A stretch of 63,385 nucleotides of DNA, counting the filler, from Octopus bimaculoides (Eukaryota): assembly GCF_001194135.2 (NCBI RefSeq). It is 7 parts of 7 records of this genome, joined end to end, with 100 filler letters (N's around TTAATTAATTAA, not from the genome) between each part and the next. Parts side by side here need not be neighbours in the genome. Positions count along the whole stretch, not along the records: positions 49,834 to 58,242 come from NC_069007.1; positions 58,343 to 63,385 come from NW_026436458.1; 5 more parts are not named here. One strand, given 5' to 3'. Position numbers and translations under genes: made by a program. How positions within the stretch are numbered: position 1 is the first letter of the stretch; every line of letters begins with the position of its first letter. Below, piece by piece: positions 51,861-63,385 of this stretch. The notes under the pieces are model-generated. The model had not been told where the DNA came from. It saw nothing but the letters and a program-made list of their open reading frames with translations, and ran no database searches.

Positions 51861-52124
51861 GTTTCAGAAAATTCACACGAGTCGGTTTTCTTTACTCGTA
51901 ACTTTCAGAAAAATGGCTTATTTTTTAATGAAATTTTCTATAAATGCCTTTCACACTGTGTAGATTACCATTATATCGGAATTTAGTATATATATATATA
52001 AAAAAAAAAAAATTGTGGTGGATTCGTATACGTACTGATAAACATCACATATATCTATAAAAGGAAAATTGAAATTTCGAAAGTTATGACGAAGCAAAGC
52101 CGGCTCATGTGAATTTTCTGAAAC
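51861..52124. repeat. Inverted-repeat pair inside a non-autonomous DNA element in the putative ERCC5 5'-UTR intron
   Basis: 51861-51885 versus 52100-52124, 23/25 complementary. Confidence 0.6.
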
Positions 52125-52686
52125 TCTTTTTCCTTCTCACAGAAAAATTACTTTGGTGGACATTGGAATTAGACACTGAGGGAAAATGGCTGTAACTTTG
52201 AAAGCATATTTATGATATCATAAGGTGTCATGTCAAAAGCGTTGGTTTGGAAACCAAGCCGTAACAGAACTTTGTCAGTTTCTTATTTCTTTACTGCCCA
52301 CAAGGGGCTACACACAGAGGGGACAAATGGATTAAGTCGATTATATCAACCCCAGTGCGTAACTGGTACTTATTTAATCGACCCCGAAAGGATGAAAGGC
52401 AAAGTCAACCTCGGCAGAATTTGAACTCAGAACGTAGCAGCAGACGAAATACCTCTAAGCATTTCGCCCGGCGTGCTAACATTTCTTGCAGCTTGCCGCC
52501 TTTGTCAGTTTCTGTCAAGCTGTCCATCCCATGCCAGCATGAAAAACAGATGCTAAATGTTGATGATGATGATAACATTTTTTATAATTTAACTTTATCA
52601 AATTTTTTGCTGATTATACAAAATAATGAAATGAATATTAATTTTCAAATGGAAAATATTTTATTACTTTCAGATTTATTCTACCA

Positions 52687-52774
52687 ATGGGAGTTCACGG
52701 CCTTTGGTCTCTGCTTCAACCTGTTGGGAAGCCAATTCGACTGGAAGCACTCGAGGGCAAAATTCTTGCCATTG
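52687..52774 (+). CDS. ERCC5: XPG/ERCC5 (Rad2-family 5' structure-specific endonuclease), coding exon 1
   Basis: Translates as MGVHGLWSLLQPVGKPIRLEALEGKILAI+G, the XPG N-domain start. It is 88 nt, ends in phase 1 and is followed by GTATCCTT. An acceptor (ttttattactttcag) at 52673 places the ATG 13 nt into the exon. Confidence 0.95.
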
Positions 52775-53474
52775 GTATCCTTCCCACTCATTCTTTGTTT
52801 CCTGTTTTTGTGCTTTTTGTTTGTTTGTTTTTTTTTGTAGTGTCACATCAACCGCATATTTCCAATGGACCAATAACACTGTATAACACAATTTTTGCCT
52901 TTGAGTAGCAACTGTTATTTCCTATTTGCTTACTCCTAGAAAGTGTGAAAAATGGCTAATATTTCCTTCCAAGTTTGTTTTCCTTACGTTTATTCAAACC
53001 CCAAAGAATCCCTCTCAACTCATGGCTATGATGCTCCCCAACTACTCCTGCTCATGATCAGAGATGCACATATTGTCAGCCACCAAGGGACATGCTCAAC
53101 TGGTTAAGGTCAAACAACTGACAAGCAAATCTGAGATAATGAGCAGAATATTTGCTATAACGATATTTCTGCTTCAGCAACTCAGCTCTGGATCTGTGTG
53201 AAATGTAATGGAGTATATGTCATTTTCGAAACATTGATATCCAGGTCAGAAAAGCAAAGTTTGAAGGGAATGGTAGTGATTTCCTTTGATTTCTAGATAG
53301 AAGCAGATAGGAAATAACACTTATTGACCAAAGACAAAAAAGTATAAAAATTAGAATTATGTTACACAATGGTTTTTTGAGAGTGACAAGGGAGTCTCTG
53401 CAACTCTGCACAGAACAAATATTAAAATATTACAAATTCTTTCATCAAACACCATTGCTCTCTCCCCCTCTGTT

Positions 53475-53505
<31 letters not shown>

Positions 53506-53717
53506 TTTTTTTTATATCCACTTTTCCATGCTTGCATGGATCAGACAGAATTTGTTAAGGCAAACTTTCTATAACTGGATGCACTTCCTGTCATCAACCA
53601 TCTGTTTCCAAGAAAGGTAATGTTTCCCATGGTCAGACATGACTTTCATGGAAAACTGGAAACAAACAAAAACACTTGTGTGATGGTGACGCTCATTTAC
53701 AACCATCACCAAAGAGG

Positions 53718-53751
<34 letters not shown>

Positions 53752-54650
53752 TGTGTGTGTGTGCTACATCTCTGGAAAAACCATTAATATTATGAAAAAT
53801 TTGAAATGGTTTATTATTATTATTGAAATGTTTTATTCACAGATTTCAGAACACTTTGAATTTTTCAAATGTCTTAATATTTAACCAAGATATACCATTT
53901 TTCTCATGTAACCAGAAAAGTGGCCTTTCTGAGAAAACAGTATCTGAAGTCCAGACACAGTTGAGAACTGAAAACTTTTCACAACTTTAACCTTGTCTCA
54001 TTCATAAAATTAGTAGGACTCTTGCTATTCAAACTATAGTCATTTACTACAGATTGTATGTAAAAACATCCAGTTTTGACTTTGAGCCCATTGTTCTCAG
54101 TTGTTCATTTATTGACATCCAATGGGTGTTTTCCCTTGAATCATCGCATACGTGGTAAATAATCCTTTCTACTAAAGGCGCAAGGCCTGAAATTTTGTAG
54201 TAGGGGACTAGTCGAATACATTGACCCCAATGTTTCACTGGTACTTAATTTATCAACCCTGAAAGGATGAAAGGCATAGCCAACCATGGCAGAATTTGAA
54301 CTCAAAATGCAGGTGACACGTAAAAGCACCTACTACACTCTCTGAGTGGTTGGCGTTAGGAAGGGCATCCAGCTGTAGAAACTCTGCCAAATTTAGATTG
54401 GAGCCTGGTGTTGCCATCCGGTTTCACCAGTACTCAGTCAAGTCGTCCAACCCATGCTAGCATGGAAAGCGGACGTTAAACGATGATGATGATGATGAAT
54501 GTAACCCTAACCCGGCATGCTAATGATTCTGCCAGCTTACAGCCTTATATGTGGTAAATAATGACAGTGAAGGTTATTAATGCGATAATGATGGTGATAG
54601 CCATACCGTTTCGTCTGTATTATTGTTTCCTTAACATTTTTTTACTCCAG
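52775..54650 (+). other. ERCC5: U12-type (minor spliceosome) GT-AG intron of ERCC5
   Basis: 5' splice site GTATCCTT at 52775; branch point TTTCCTTAAC at 54626-54635; AG at 54649-54650. Confidence 0.92.
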
Positions 54651-54826
54651 ATGTCAGTCTCTGGCTTCACCAAGCTGCGAAAGGAATGAGGGATCGTTCT
54701 GGAAATCCCATCCCCAACGCCCACCTTATCGTACTGTTCAACCGTGTCTGCAAGCTGCTTTACTACCGTATCAAACCAATATTCGTATTCGATGGTGGTG
54801 TACCAGTGTTGAAATGGCAAACTTTA
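54651..54826 (+). CDS. ERCC5: XPG/ERCC5 coding exon 2
   Basis: Translates as (D)[58 protein letters not shown], including the FVFDG motif. It is 176 nt, with acceptor actccag and donor GTAAGT. The frame joins exon 1 and ends in phase 0. Confidence 0.95.
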
Positions 54827-55029
54827 GTAAGTGGAATTCTGTTTTCCTAATCTCTGCAAGAAATGGTTGAGTGGTGGTTAGACATTGGAATTATTGAGAC
54901 AAACATGCATCATAAGAATTCTAATTCTGACACAAAGACCAGCAATCTTCGCAGGAAAGTCATTCACATCGACCCCAGTGCTAGATTGGGACTTGTGGGA
55001 TAACTAGAAGATACCTGCATGGTGTATTA

Positions 55030-55620
55030 TTATTAGGGATGGGTTCCAACCCGGGCCACAGCAACAAACTCCACCCACCACACTGCCTTCAGGTCCTGGA
55101 TACATTCCAGGCCAGTGTCTGCAATCAAGTCGTCAATGTAAGAGTGATGATGTTTCCCTCTTCTTACCTCACCATGAAGTGGGTTCCACAAGACTAATTT
55201 TGGACACTTCCAGTTCACGGTGGCACACACAGTGACCAGATGGTTGCAGCCATCTTTGCTTGATCTTCTCACTAACTTTCAGCAGGTCTCCATAAAGGCA
55301 TTCATTTGTCATATGTTGCTACCATTTCACATTCAGAGCCGTTCATAACATCCTTGTGACCAGCCATCATCAAGTTGTCAATGTAAGAGTGATGACGTTT
55401 CCCTCTGCTTACCTCACCAAGAAGTGGATTCCACAAGACTAATTCCGATGCTTCCAGTTCAGGGTGGAACACACAGTGACCAGACAGTTGCAGCCATCTT
55501 TGCCTGATCTTCTTGCTAACTATTGGCAGGTCCCCTGAAAGGCATTCATTTGTCATGTGTTGCTGTCATTTCACATTCAGAGCCATTCATAGCATCCTTG
55601 TGTAGCATCCATTTTAGCCC
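55030..55620 (-). mobile_element. Tandemly duplicated RTE-like LINE RT C-terminal fragments in ERCC5 intron 2
   Basis: LQLSGHCVFHPELEASELVLWNP...RGKRHHSYIDNL is repeated as KLVLWNPLHGEVRRGKHHHSYIDDL. Confidence 0.7.
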
Positions 55621-56093
55621 AGTTGATAATCTCTTTGTCAGTGCCATGGTGTGTTGGAGTTGAAGAAGACCTACAGTTAATGGTTGCATTGGTGTGGGTG
55701 CTGGTGCCAAGTAAAATGCACTGGTGATGGTACCACATAAAAAGCAGTTGGTGCACTCTGTGGAGTGGGTGGCATTAGGATGGGCATCCAGCTATAGAAA
55801 CCAAACCAAAATAGACTATGGAACCTGGAGTGGTCCCTGGCCTTACCAGTTCTTGTCTAGCCATCCAACCCATGCCAGCTTGGAAAACACATTAAATGAT
55901 GATGATGATGATGATGATTTTCATGTTCCAAAGATTAAACACTGTGTATTGTGTTCCTCTGTTCTCATGTTTGTTGACTTCCAACAAATCTCAATATGTC
56001 TTGCTCTCTCTCTCTCTTTCTATCTCTCTCTCTCTCTTTCTATCTCTCTCTCTCTCTCTCTCTCCATTTATCTGTCTTTCACTTCTCTTTCAG

Positions 56094-56338
56094 GCTCACC
56101 GTCGTGAACAAAAGGAAACGGCTGCTGATAAATCAGGCGAAATTTCCAACAAGCTTCTCCACAATCTTCTAAAACAGCAACTCTTGAACAAAACCATTGA
56201 GAAGAACAGCCCCAAAAAGAAAGGTAGTAATAGTAATGCTGAGGAATCCCCTTCAAAAACGGTTACCCGCCTCCTGTCTTCTAAACCTCACCAACGTGAT
56301 ATGTTTGAACTGGATGAACTCCCAGAATCAAGCCAGAA
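56094..56338 (+). CDS. ERCC5: XPG/ERCC5 coding exon 3
   Basis: Polypyrimidine tract plus CAG acceptor; translates as AHRREQKETAADKSGEISNKLLHNLLKQQLL...QRDMFELDELPESSQ. It keeps the RR pair after LKxQTL. Donor GAA|GTGAGT ends in phase 2. A weaker alternative donor lies at 56223/56224. Confidence 0.85.
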
Positions 56339-56789
56339 GTGAGTTACTTTGTTTGCCAGAATTCTTGGGTTTGGGATAAATTTGTTTGGGGGTGGTCGTT
56401 TGCTTTTTTTTTTTTTCATATTCATATTAATCTTTTATCTTTTACTGTGGCCATGCTGGGGCACTGCCTTGAATTTTTAGTCAAATGATTCGAACCCCAG
56501 GGCTTTTTTTTTCTGAAACCTGGTACTTATTTTATGTCTCTTTTGCCAAATCACTATGTTATGGGAGATGTAAATACACCAACAGCGGTTGTCAAGCAGT
56601 GGTAGAGGACAAACACACAAATACACACGCACATGACAGGCTTCTTTCAGTTTCCATCTACCAAATCTACTCACAAGGCTTTGATCGGTCCAAGGTTATA
56701 GTAGAAGACACTTGCCCAAGGTGCCACACAGTCGGACTGAACCATGTGGTTTATTTTTTTTTATCTTTTACTTGTCTCAGTCATTGTGG

Positions 56790-57010
56790 AGGCACATGGC
56801 TTAGTGGTTAGGGTATCCGCATCATGATCGTAAGATTGTGGTTTCAATTCCTGGACCAGGCGACGCGTTGTGTTCTTGAGCAAAAACACTTCATTTCATG
56901 TTGCTCCAGTCCACTCAGCTGGCAAAAATGAGTAACGCTGCGATGGACTGGCGTCCCGTCCAGCTGGGGAACACATACACCATTGAAACCGGGAAACCGG
57001 GCCAGGCTTT
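56790..57010 (+). mobile_element. tRNA-derived SINE family F; other copies at 9495-9720+, 9750-10000+, 44450-44630+
   Basis: TGGCTTAGTGGTTAGGG...GTTTCAATTCC head, then CTTGAGCAA(A)ACACTTCATTTCA. Confidence 0.7.
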
Positions 57011-57944
57011 AAAAGGGCGCATTTATTTTTTTTCTTTATGTCTCAGTCATTAGACTGCAGCCATGCTTGGGTACTGCCTTGAAGAATTTTTAGTTGAAAA
57101 AAATCAACTCCATGGAGGGGGGAACTCTAGCTTCCTTCCATCAGATTTAAGAAATATAATTTCATAGTTGCTTTTTGTAAACAAACTTTCCATGTGGTTT
57201 TCTGTGATTATTTCGTAAGTGGTGCCAAATTTTACACTTTCGTAAATAATAATAATATAAATAATAATAATGATAGTATTTTTATAAGCTTAAAGCTTAT
57301 ATATATAGATATATATATATATATATATATTGAAATCTCAAAACTACATGATAATGCATCGTTAATTCAAAACAATGTGAATTAATAAGCATTATATTTG
57401 ACAGAGTAATCTGAGTGCTAAAGGGTTAATTATAAAAATACAATAAAATTTTTTGAACATTGAATGGCTGTGAGGGTCCGCTTGAGTAGAATAGGAATTG
57501 AAGGGATCCAAAGGTAACAAATGGTTGAGAACCACTGATGTAAACAAATACCACAAATCATTTCATCCAACACTCCAGCAATTCCACCCAACCCACTGCC
57601 ACCCCTATATTTATGCTTTGTTTTGTTTTCTATTTGTGAAGATACTTTGATGAGCTGAACGAGGAAGACCCTTGGGATCAACACCATTCCATCTTAGATG
57701 TAAGTTAATCTTTTGGGCCCCTTTTATTTTCACCTTTTTCTTGACTCTTACTTTCACCAGCCATCTCCCCACAAACCTACTTATTTGTCCTGTCATCTGT
57801 CTATGTACAGATTTGTAACTGTTTCTATTTTCAGTCTTATCGCCAAAGTATGTATATATCTATCTTTATCCATCCATCTGTCTAGCTGTATCTATTTGCT
57901 CCTATCTATCTATTACTCCATCCATCCATGCATCCATCTATCTA

Positions 57945-58242
57945 TTTATGTATTCTATCTGTCTATCCATCAATCTGTTTATTTATTCTATCTGTCTATC
58001 CATCAATCTATTTATTTATTCTATCTGTCTATCCATCTATCTATTTATTTATTCTATCTGTCTATCCATCAATCTATTTATGTATTCTATCTGTCTATCC
58101 ATCAATCTATTTATGTATTCTATCTGTCTATCCATCAATCTATTTATTTATTCTATCTGTCTATCCATCAATCTATTTATGTATTCTATCTGTCTATCCA
58201 TCAATCTATTTATGTATTCTATCTGTCTATCCATCAATCTAT
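57945..58242. repeat. 33-bp minisatellite (TATTCTATCTGTCTATCCATCAATCTATTTATG/T)
   Basis: About 9 near-identical tandem units running into a gap. Confidence 0.9.
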
Positions 58243-59483
58243 NNNNNNNNNNNNNNNNNNNNNNNNNNNNNNNNNNNNNNNNNNNNTTAATTAATTAANN
58301 NNNNNNNNNNNNNNNNNNNNNNNNNNNNNNNNNNNNNNNNNNCACATACACAAACACGCACGCATACATACATACATACATACATACATACACGCATAAC
58401 ACATACATATATATATATATACACACACATACGCACGCACTCACACATACACATATGCACACACACACACACACACACAGATGGTGGTAGTCTGCAATTT
58501 CTCGTACAACGACTGGCACAAATGATTTGTTCATAATGACTTCTACTTTAAGCTCAAGGCCTGAAATTTTGGGGGGAGGGGTCCAGTTGATTAGACCGAC
58601 CTCAGTACGCAACTGGTACTTAATTTAACGACCCCGAAAGGATGAAAGGCAAAGTCGACCTCGGCAGATTTTGAACTCAGAACGTAACGGCAGACGAAAT
58701 ACCGCTAAGCATTTCGCCCAGCGCGCTAACGTTTCTTATTTCTTTATTGCCCACGTGGGGCTAAACATAGAGGGGACAAACAAGGACAGACAAAGGGATT
58801 AAGTCGATTACATCAACCCACAGTTTATAACTGGTACTTAATTTAACGACCCCGAAAGGATGAAAGGCAAAGTCGACCTCGGCAGATTTTGAACTCAGAA
58901 CGTAAAGACAGACGAAATACCGCTAAGCATTTCGCCCGGCGTGCTGACGTTTCTGCCAGCTCGCCGACTTTGACGTGTTCATAATGACCAAGTGTTTGTT
59001 CCGCAGTACTACACTCATTGCGTCCCAGTAACTTAGCGGTTCGTATAAGGATACCGATAAAATAAATACCAGATCAAAATAAAATTTTTAAAAATGTAAT
59101 GAAGGGGATTGATTCAATCAGAAAGTTTGTTCAAGGTGGTGCCCCAACATGGCCGTAGTCCAATGACTGAAAGAAATAAAATATATATATATACGGGGAA
59201 CGGAATAGGGTAGATGGAAACTGTAGAGAATCCCATCGGTGGGATTGGAAAGCCAAGGCCCTGTAACACAAGGTGTCACGCTGATTCTGTCTAGGAATTA
59301 ATTCGAGGATCTGCGTAATACACAGCCACACGCTTACACGTTAACATCGGAGCAGGTAATTCAGATGCTGTTTCTAACTGAATCCCCGTCGCCAACGAAG
59401 GAAGATCCGCGACAACCAAGACCGGGGCCGCCGCCACCACCACCACCACCACATTTGTGTGCGTTTGTTTATGGGTGTGCACG

Positions 59484-59524
<41 letters not shown>

Positions 59525-59835
59525 GGATTCGAGTGTGTGTATGTATGTGGCTGTGTGTACGTGTGTATATATGTATATGCGTTGTGTGTGTACGTGTACT
59601 GTTGCAGTCACGCTTGTTGGCAGATGCATCCGACCACGTGGGTGGAAAGGTATGCTTAGCCATAAAAGATACGGGTGTTAATCAAGTATCACGCATGCGC
59701 GACGGTATGGTGGAGTGGAGAGGAGAGAAGAGGAGTGGTGGTCGTGGTGATGGTGATGGAAGTAATGCGGGCGATGTGTTGCACTCTCTTTCATACGCTA
59801 CGTTTCGGATTTGGGTCTGGGTGGAGAACCACAAT

Positions 59836-59926
<91 letters not shown>

Positions 59927-61290
59927 AAGAGAGAGAAAGAGAAAGAGAGAGACAGATAGATAGATGGAGAGAGGGGAGAGGCAGAGGGAGAGAGGGACAG
60001 ACAGACATGGATAGATTGATAGATAGATAGATAGAGAGAGAGAGAGATGAAGAGGAGGATATCCAGAGACACAGGCAGACAGAGAATGCTGGAAAGAAAG
60101 ACGAAGAGAACCAAAGAATGAAAGGAAGAAAAAAGAAAGGAGAGAAAGAATCTAAGAGAGCGACAGAATGATAGGAAAGAAGACAGAAAGAAGCGTACAC
60201 AGAGAGGGAAAGAGAGAGAGGGAGAGAAAGAGAGAGTGGGTGAAGAAGTATTTTGGTTTTCGGGAGATTATTGTTCACATGTGTTCGTCATTGNNNNNNN
60301 NNNNNNNNNNNNNNNNNNNNNNNNNNNNNNNNNNNNNNNNNNNNNNNNNNNNNNNNNNNNNNNNNNNNNNNNNNNNNNNNNNNNNNNNNNNNNNNNNNNN
60401 NNNNNNNNNNNNNNNNNNNNNNNNNNNNNNNNNNNNNNNNNNNNNNNNNNNNNNNNNNNNNNNNNNNNNNNNNNNNNNNNNNNNNNNNNNNNNNNNNNNN
60501 NNNNNNNNNNNNNNNNNNNNNNNNNNNNNNNNNNNNNNNNNNNNNNNNNNNNNNNNNNNNNNNNNNNNNNNNNNNNNNNNNNNNNNNNNNNNNNNNNNNN
60601 NNNNNNNNNNNNNNNNNNNNNNNNNNNNNNNNNNNNNNNNNNNNNNNNNNNNNNNNNNNNNNNNNNNNNNNNNNNNNNNNNNNNNNNNNNNNNNNNNNNN
60701 NNNNNNNNNNNNNNNNNNNNNNNNNNNNNNNNNNNNNNNNNNNNNNNNNNNNNNNNNNNNNNNNNNNNNNNNNNNNNNNNNNNNNNNNNNNNNNNNNNNN
60801 NNNNNNNNNNNNNNNNNNNNNNNNNNNNNNNNNNNNNNNNNNNNNNNNNNNNNNNNNNNNNNNNNNNNNNNNNNNNNNNNNNNNNNNNNNNNNNNNNNNN
60901 NNNNNNNNNNNNNNNNNNNNNNNNNNNNNNNNNNNNNNNNNNNNNNNNNNNNNNNNNNNNNNNNNNNNNNNNNNNNNNNNNNNNNNNNNNNNNNNNNNNN
61001 NNNNNNNNNNNNNNNNNNNNNNNNNNNNNNNNNNNNNNNNNNNNNNNNNNNNNNNNNNNNNNNNNNNNNNNNNNNNNNNNNNNNNNNNNNNNNNNNNNNN
61101 NNNNNNNNNNNNNNNNNNNNNNNNNNNNNNNNNNNNNNNNNNNNNNNNNNNNNNNNNNNNNNNNNNNNNNNNNNNNNNNNNNNNNNNNNNNNNNNNNNNN
61201 NNNNNNNNNNNNNNNNNNNNNNNNNNACGTTAATTTCGGATCAACTGGAACCCTCGACGGAGTGCCAACAACAACAACCAGTGATCTCAG

Positions 61291-61658
61291 TGGAGGCGCA
61301 ATGGCCCAATGGTTAGGGCAGCGGACTCGCGGTCATAGGATCGCAGTTTCGATTCCCAGACCGGGCGTTGTGAGTGTTTATTGAGCGAAAACACCTAAAG
61401 CTCCACAAGGCTCCGGCAGGGGATGGTGGCAAACCCTGCTGTACTCTTTCACCACAACTTTCTCTCACTCTTTCTTCCTGTTTCTGTTGTGCCTGTAATT
61501 CAAAGGGGTCAGCCTTGTCACACACTGTGTCACGCTGAATATCCCCAAGAACTACGTTAAGGGTACACGTGTCTGTGGAGTGCTCAACCACTTGCACGTT
61601 AATTTCGGATCAACTGGAACCCTCGACGGAGTGCCAACAACAACAACCAGTGATCTCA
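61291..61658 (+). mobile_element. tRNA-derived SINE family E; second copy at 42210-42540+
   Basis: GGAGGCGCAATGGCCCAATGGTTAGGGCAGCGGAC...GTTTCGATTCCC head and (CAA)n tail. Confidence 0.8.
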
Positions 61659-62964
61659 TATGAGACCACTTAAAAATTACAAATTTCGTAATTATCTATC
61701 AATATTTACACATATCTAACCTTTTCCCTATATCTACTGGGTATATTTCTCTGATATTCAAATGAGGTTTGCTAATTTTTCACCCAATATCTCGCTTATT
61801 TCTATTTAAAATGTTATTTTGATCATTCCAGCGTGTTTCTAAGGCTGTTTTATGCTAGAACTCAAAGTCTCATAAAAAAAATTCCAGTTAATAGAATTAT
61901 GGGAGGTAATGGATTAAGCTAGATGTGTGCCTACAAAAANNNNNNNNNNNNNNNNNNNNNNNNNNNNNNNNNNNNNNNNNNNNNNNNNNNNNNNNNNNNN
62001 NNNNNNNNNNNNNNNNNNNNNNNNNNNNNNNNNNNNNNNNNNNNNNNNNNNNNNNNNNNNNNNNNNNNNNNNNNNNNNNNNNNNNNNNNNNNNNNNNNNN
62101 NNNNNNNNNNNNNNNNNNNNNNNNNNNNNNNNNNNNNNNNNNNNNNNNNNNNNNNNNNNNNNNNNNNNNNNNNNNNNNNNNNNNNNNNNNNNNNNNNNNN
62201 NNNNNNNNNNNNNNNNNNNNNNNNNNNNNNNNNNNNNNNNNNNNNNNNNNNNNNNNNNNNNNNNNNNNNNNNNNNNNNNNNNNNNNNNNNNNNNNNNNNN
62301 NNNNNNNNNNNNNNNNNNNNNNNNNNNNNNNNNNNNNNNNNNNNNNNNNNNNNNNNNNNNNNNNNNNNNNNNNNNNNNNNNNNNNNNNNNNNNNNNNNNN
62401 NNNNNNNNNNNNNNNNNNNNNNNNNNNNNNNNNNNNNNNNNNNNNNNNNNNNNNNNNNNNNNNNNNNNNNNNNNNNNNNNNNNNNNNNNNNNNNNNNNNN
62501 NNNNNNNNNNNNNNNNNNNNNNNNNNNNNNNNNNNNNNNNNNNNNNNNNNNNNNNNNNNNNNNNNNNNNNNNNNNNNNNNNNNNNNNNNNNNNNNNNNNN
62601 NNNNNNNNNNNNNNNNNNNNNNNNNNNNNNNNNNNNNNNNNNNNNNNNNNNNNCCCCAGTATGGCCTCAGTATAATGGCAGAAACAAGTAAAAGAGAAAT
62701 ACACACACACACACTAGGTGCAAATTTGCCTTCGTGGTGCAAGTGGCGGCGGGGGGTGTGAATTTAGTAGTTCCTGCCCATAAACCTAACACCACCACCC
62801 GACATGTCAAGCATACTAAGTAAATGAATAAATAAATAAAAATAATAATATCCATCCGTGCCATCCACGCCAGCATATCTCATCAGCACAATCGAATTCT
62901 GCTGCCGTTTTGAACTACAAGACCAAGATGTAAAGAGGCAGTAACGCCATCGTCCACCTCTGCA

Positions 62965-63385
62965 GTGACCACCACCATCACTACCACCTCTACCACCACC
63001 ATTATCACCATCCCCACTGCTACCACCACCGCTATCGATACTGCAACCCCCACCACCATCGTCACTACTACCACCGCTACTAGTACAACTGCCAGCACCA
63101 GTACCACTACCACCACAGCTATCACTATACACACTGTCACCACCACCACCACCACAACTACCACACCCACCATCGTCACTACCACCACCACTGCCACTAT
63201 CAGCACCACCACTACCACCACAGCCATCACTACTCCCACTGTCACTACCACCACCACAACTACCACACCCACCATCACCACAACCACCACCACCAACCCC
63301 ACTACTCCCACTGTCACCTCCACCACCACTGCCACTATCAGCACCACCACTACCACCACAGCTATCACTATACACACTGTCACCA
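62965..63385. repeat. (ACC)-rich degenerate satellite with higher-order repeats
   Basis: ctaccaccacagctatcactatacacactgtcacc recurs at about 63105 and 63350. Confidence 0.85.

Noticed and set aside
54815-54817. Trp in the XPG LKWQTL motif as an inactivating change
   Set aside because: The conserved Lys before it and the downstream RR pair are intact; the substituted position is not the catalytic gateway lysine.
57945-58242. CRISPR-like array
   Set aside because: Contiguous tandem units with no unique spacers, in a eukaryotic context.
62764-63383. Gly/Ser- or Val-rich ORFs as ERCC5 exon 4 or a structural protein
   Set aside because: Translation of an (ACC) satellite; no XPG similarity and no phase-compatible open exon.

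Overview
Repeat-saturated, AT-rich eukaryotic draft-assembly DNA. An octopus or related cephalopod source is inferred from the SINE families and the microsatellite density; it is not proven. Many N-gaps are present, and most ORF-track entries are microsatellite translations. One host gene is clear: the 5' end of XPG/ERCC5 on + (coding exons 52687-52774, 54651-54826, 56094-56338), whose first coding intron is a U12 minor-spliceosome intron. There are weak signs of a divergent minus-strand gene. Mobile elements include two Penelope-like elements (PLEs), RTE LINE fragments, three Tc1/mariner-superfamily transposase copies, MITEs and many SINEs. Best leads: (1) a ~538-bp head-to-tail unit at 45.7-46.4 kb carrying a near-intact type I hammerhead ribozyme on the minus strand, which looks like a retrozyme or PLE pLTR; (2) a decayed PLE at 16.3-18.0 kb whose polyprotein appears to fuse a Ulp1/C48-type cysteine protease to the RT; (3) the U12 intron; (4) a telomere-repeat-containing Helitron/HINE-like end at 49.8-50.0 kb. 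All structural calls were made by eye; no databases or folding tools were run. Repeat boundaries are approximate.
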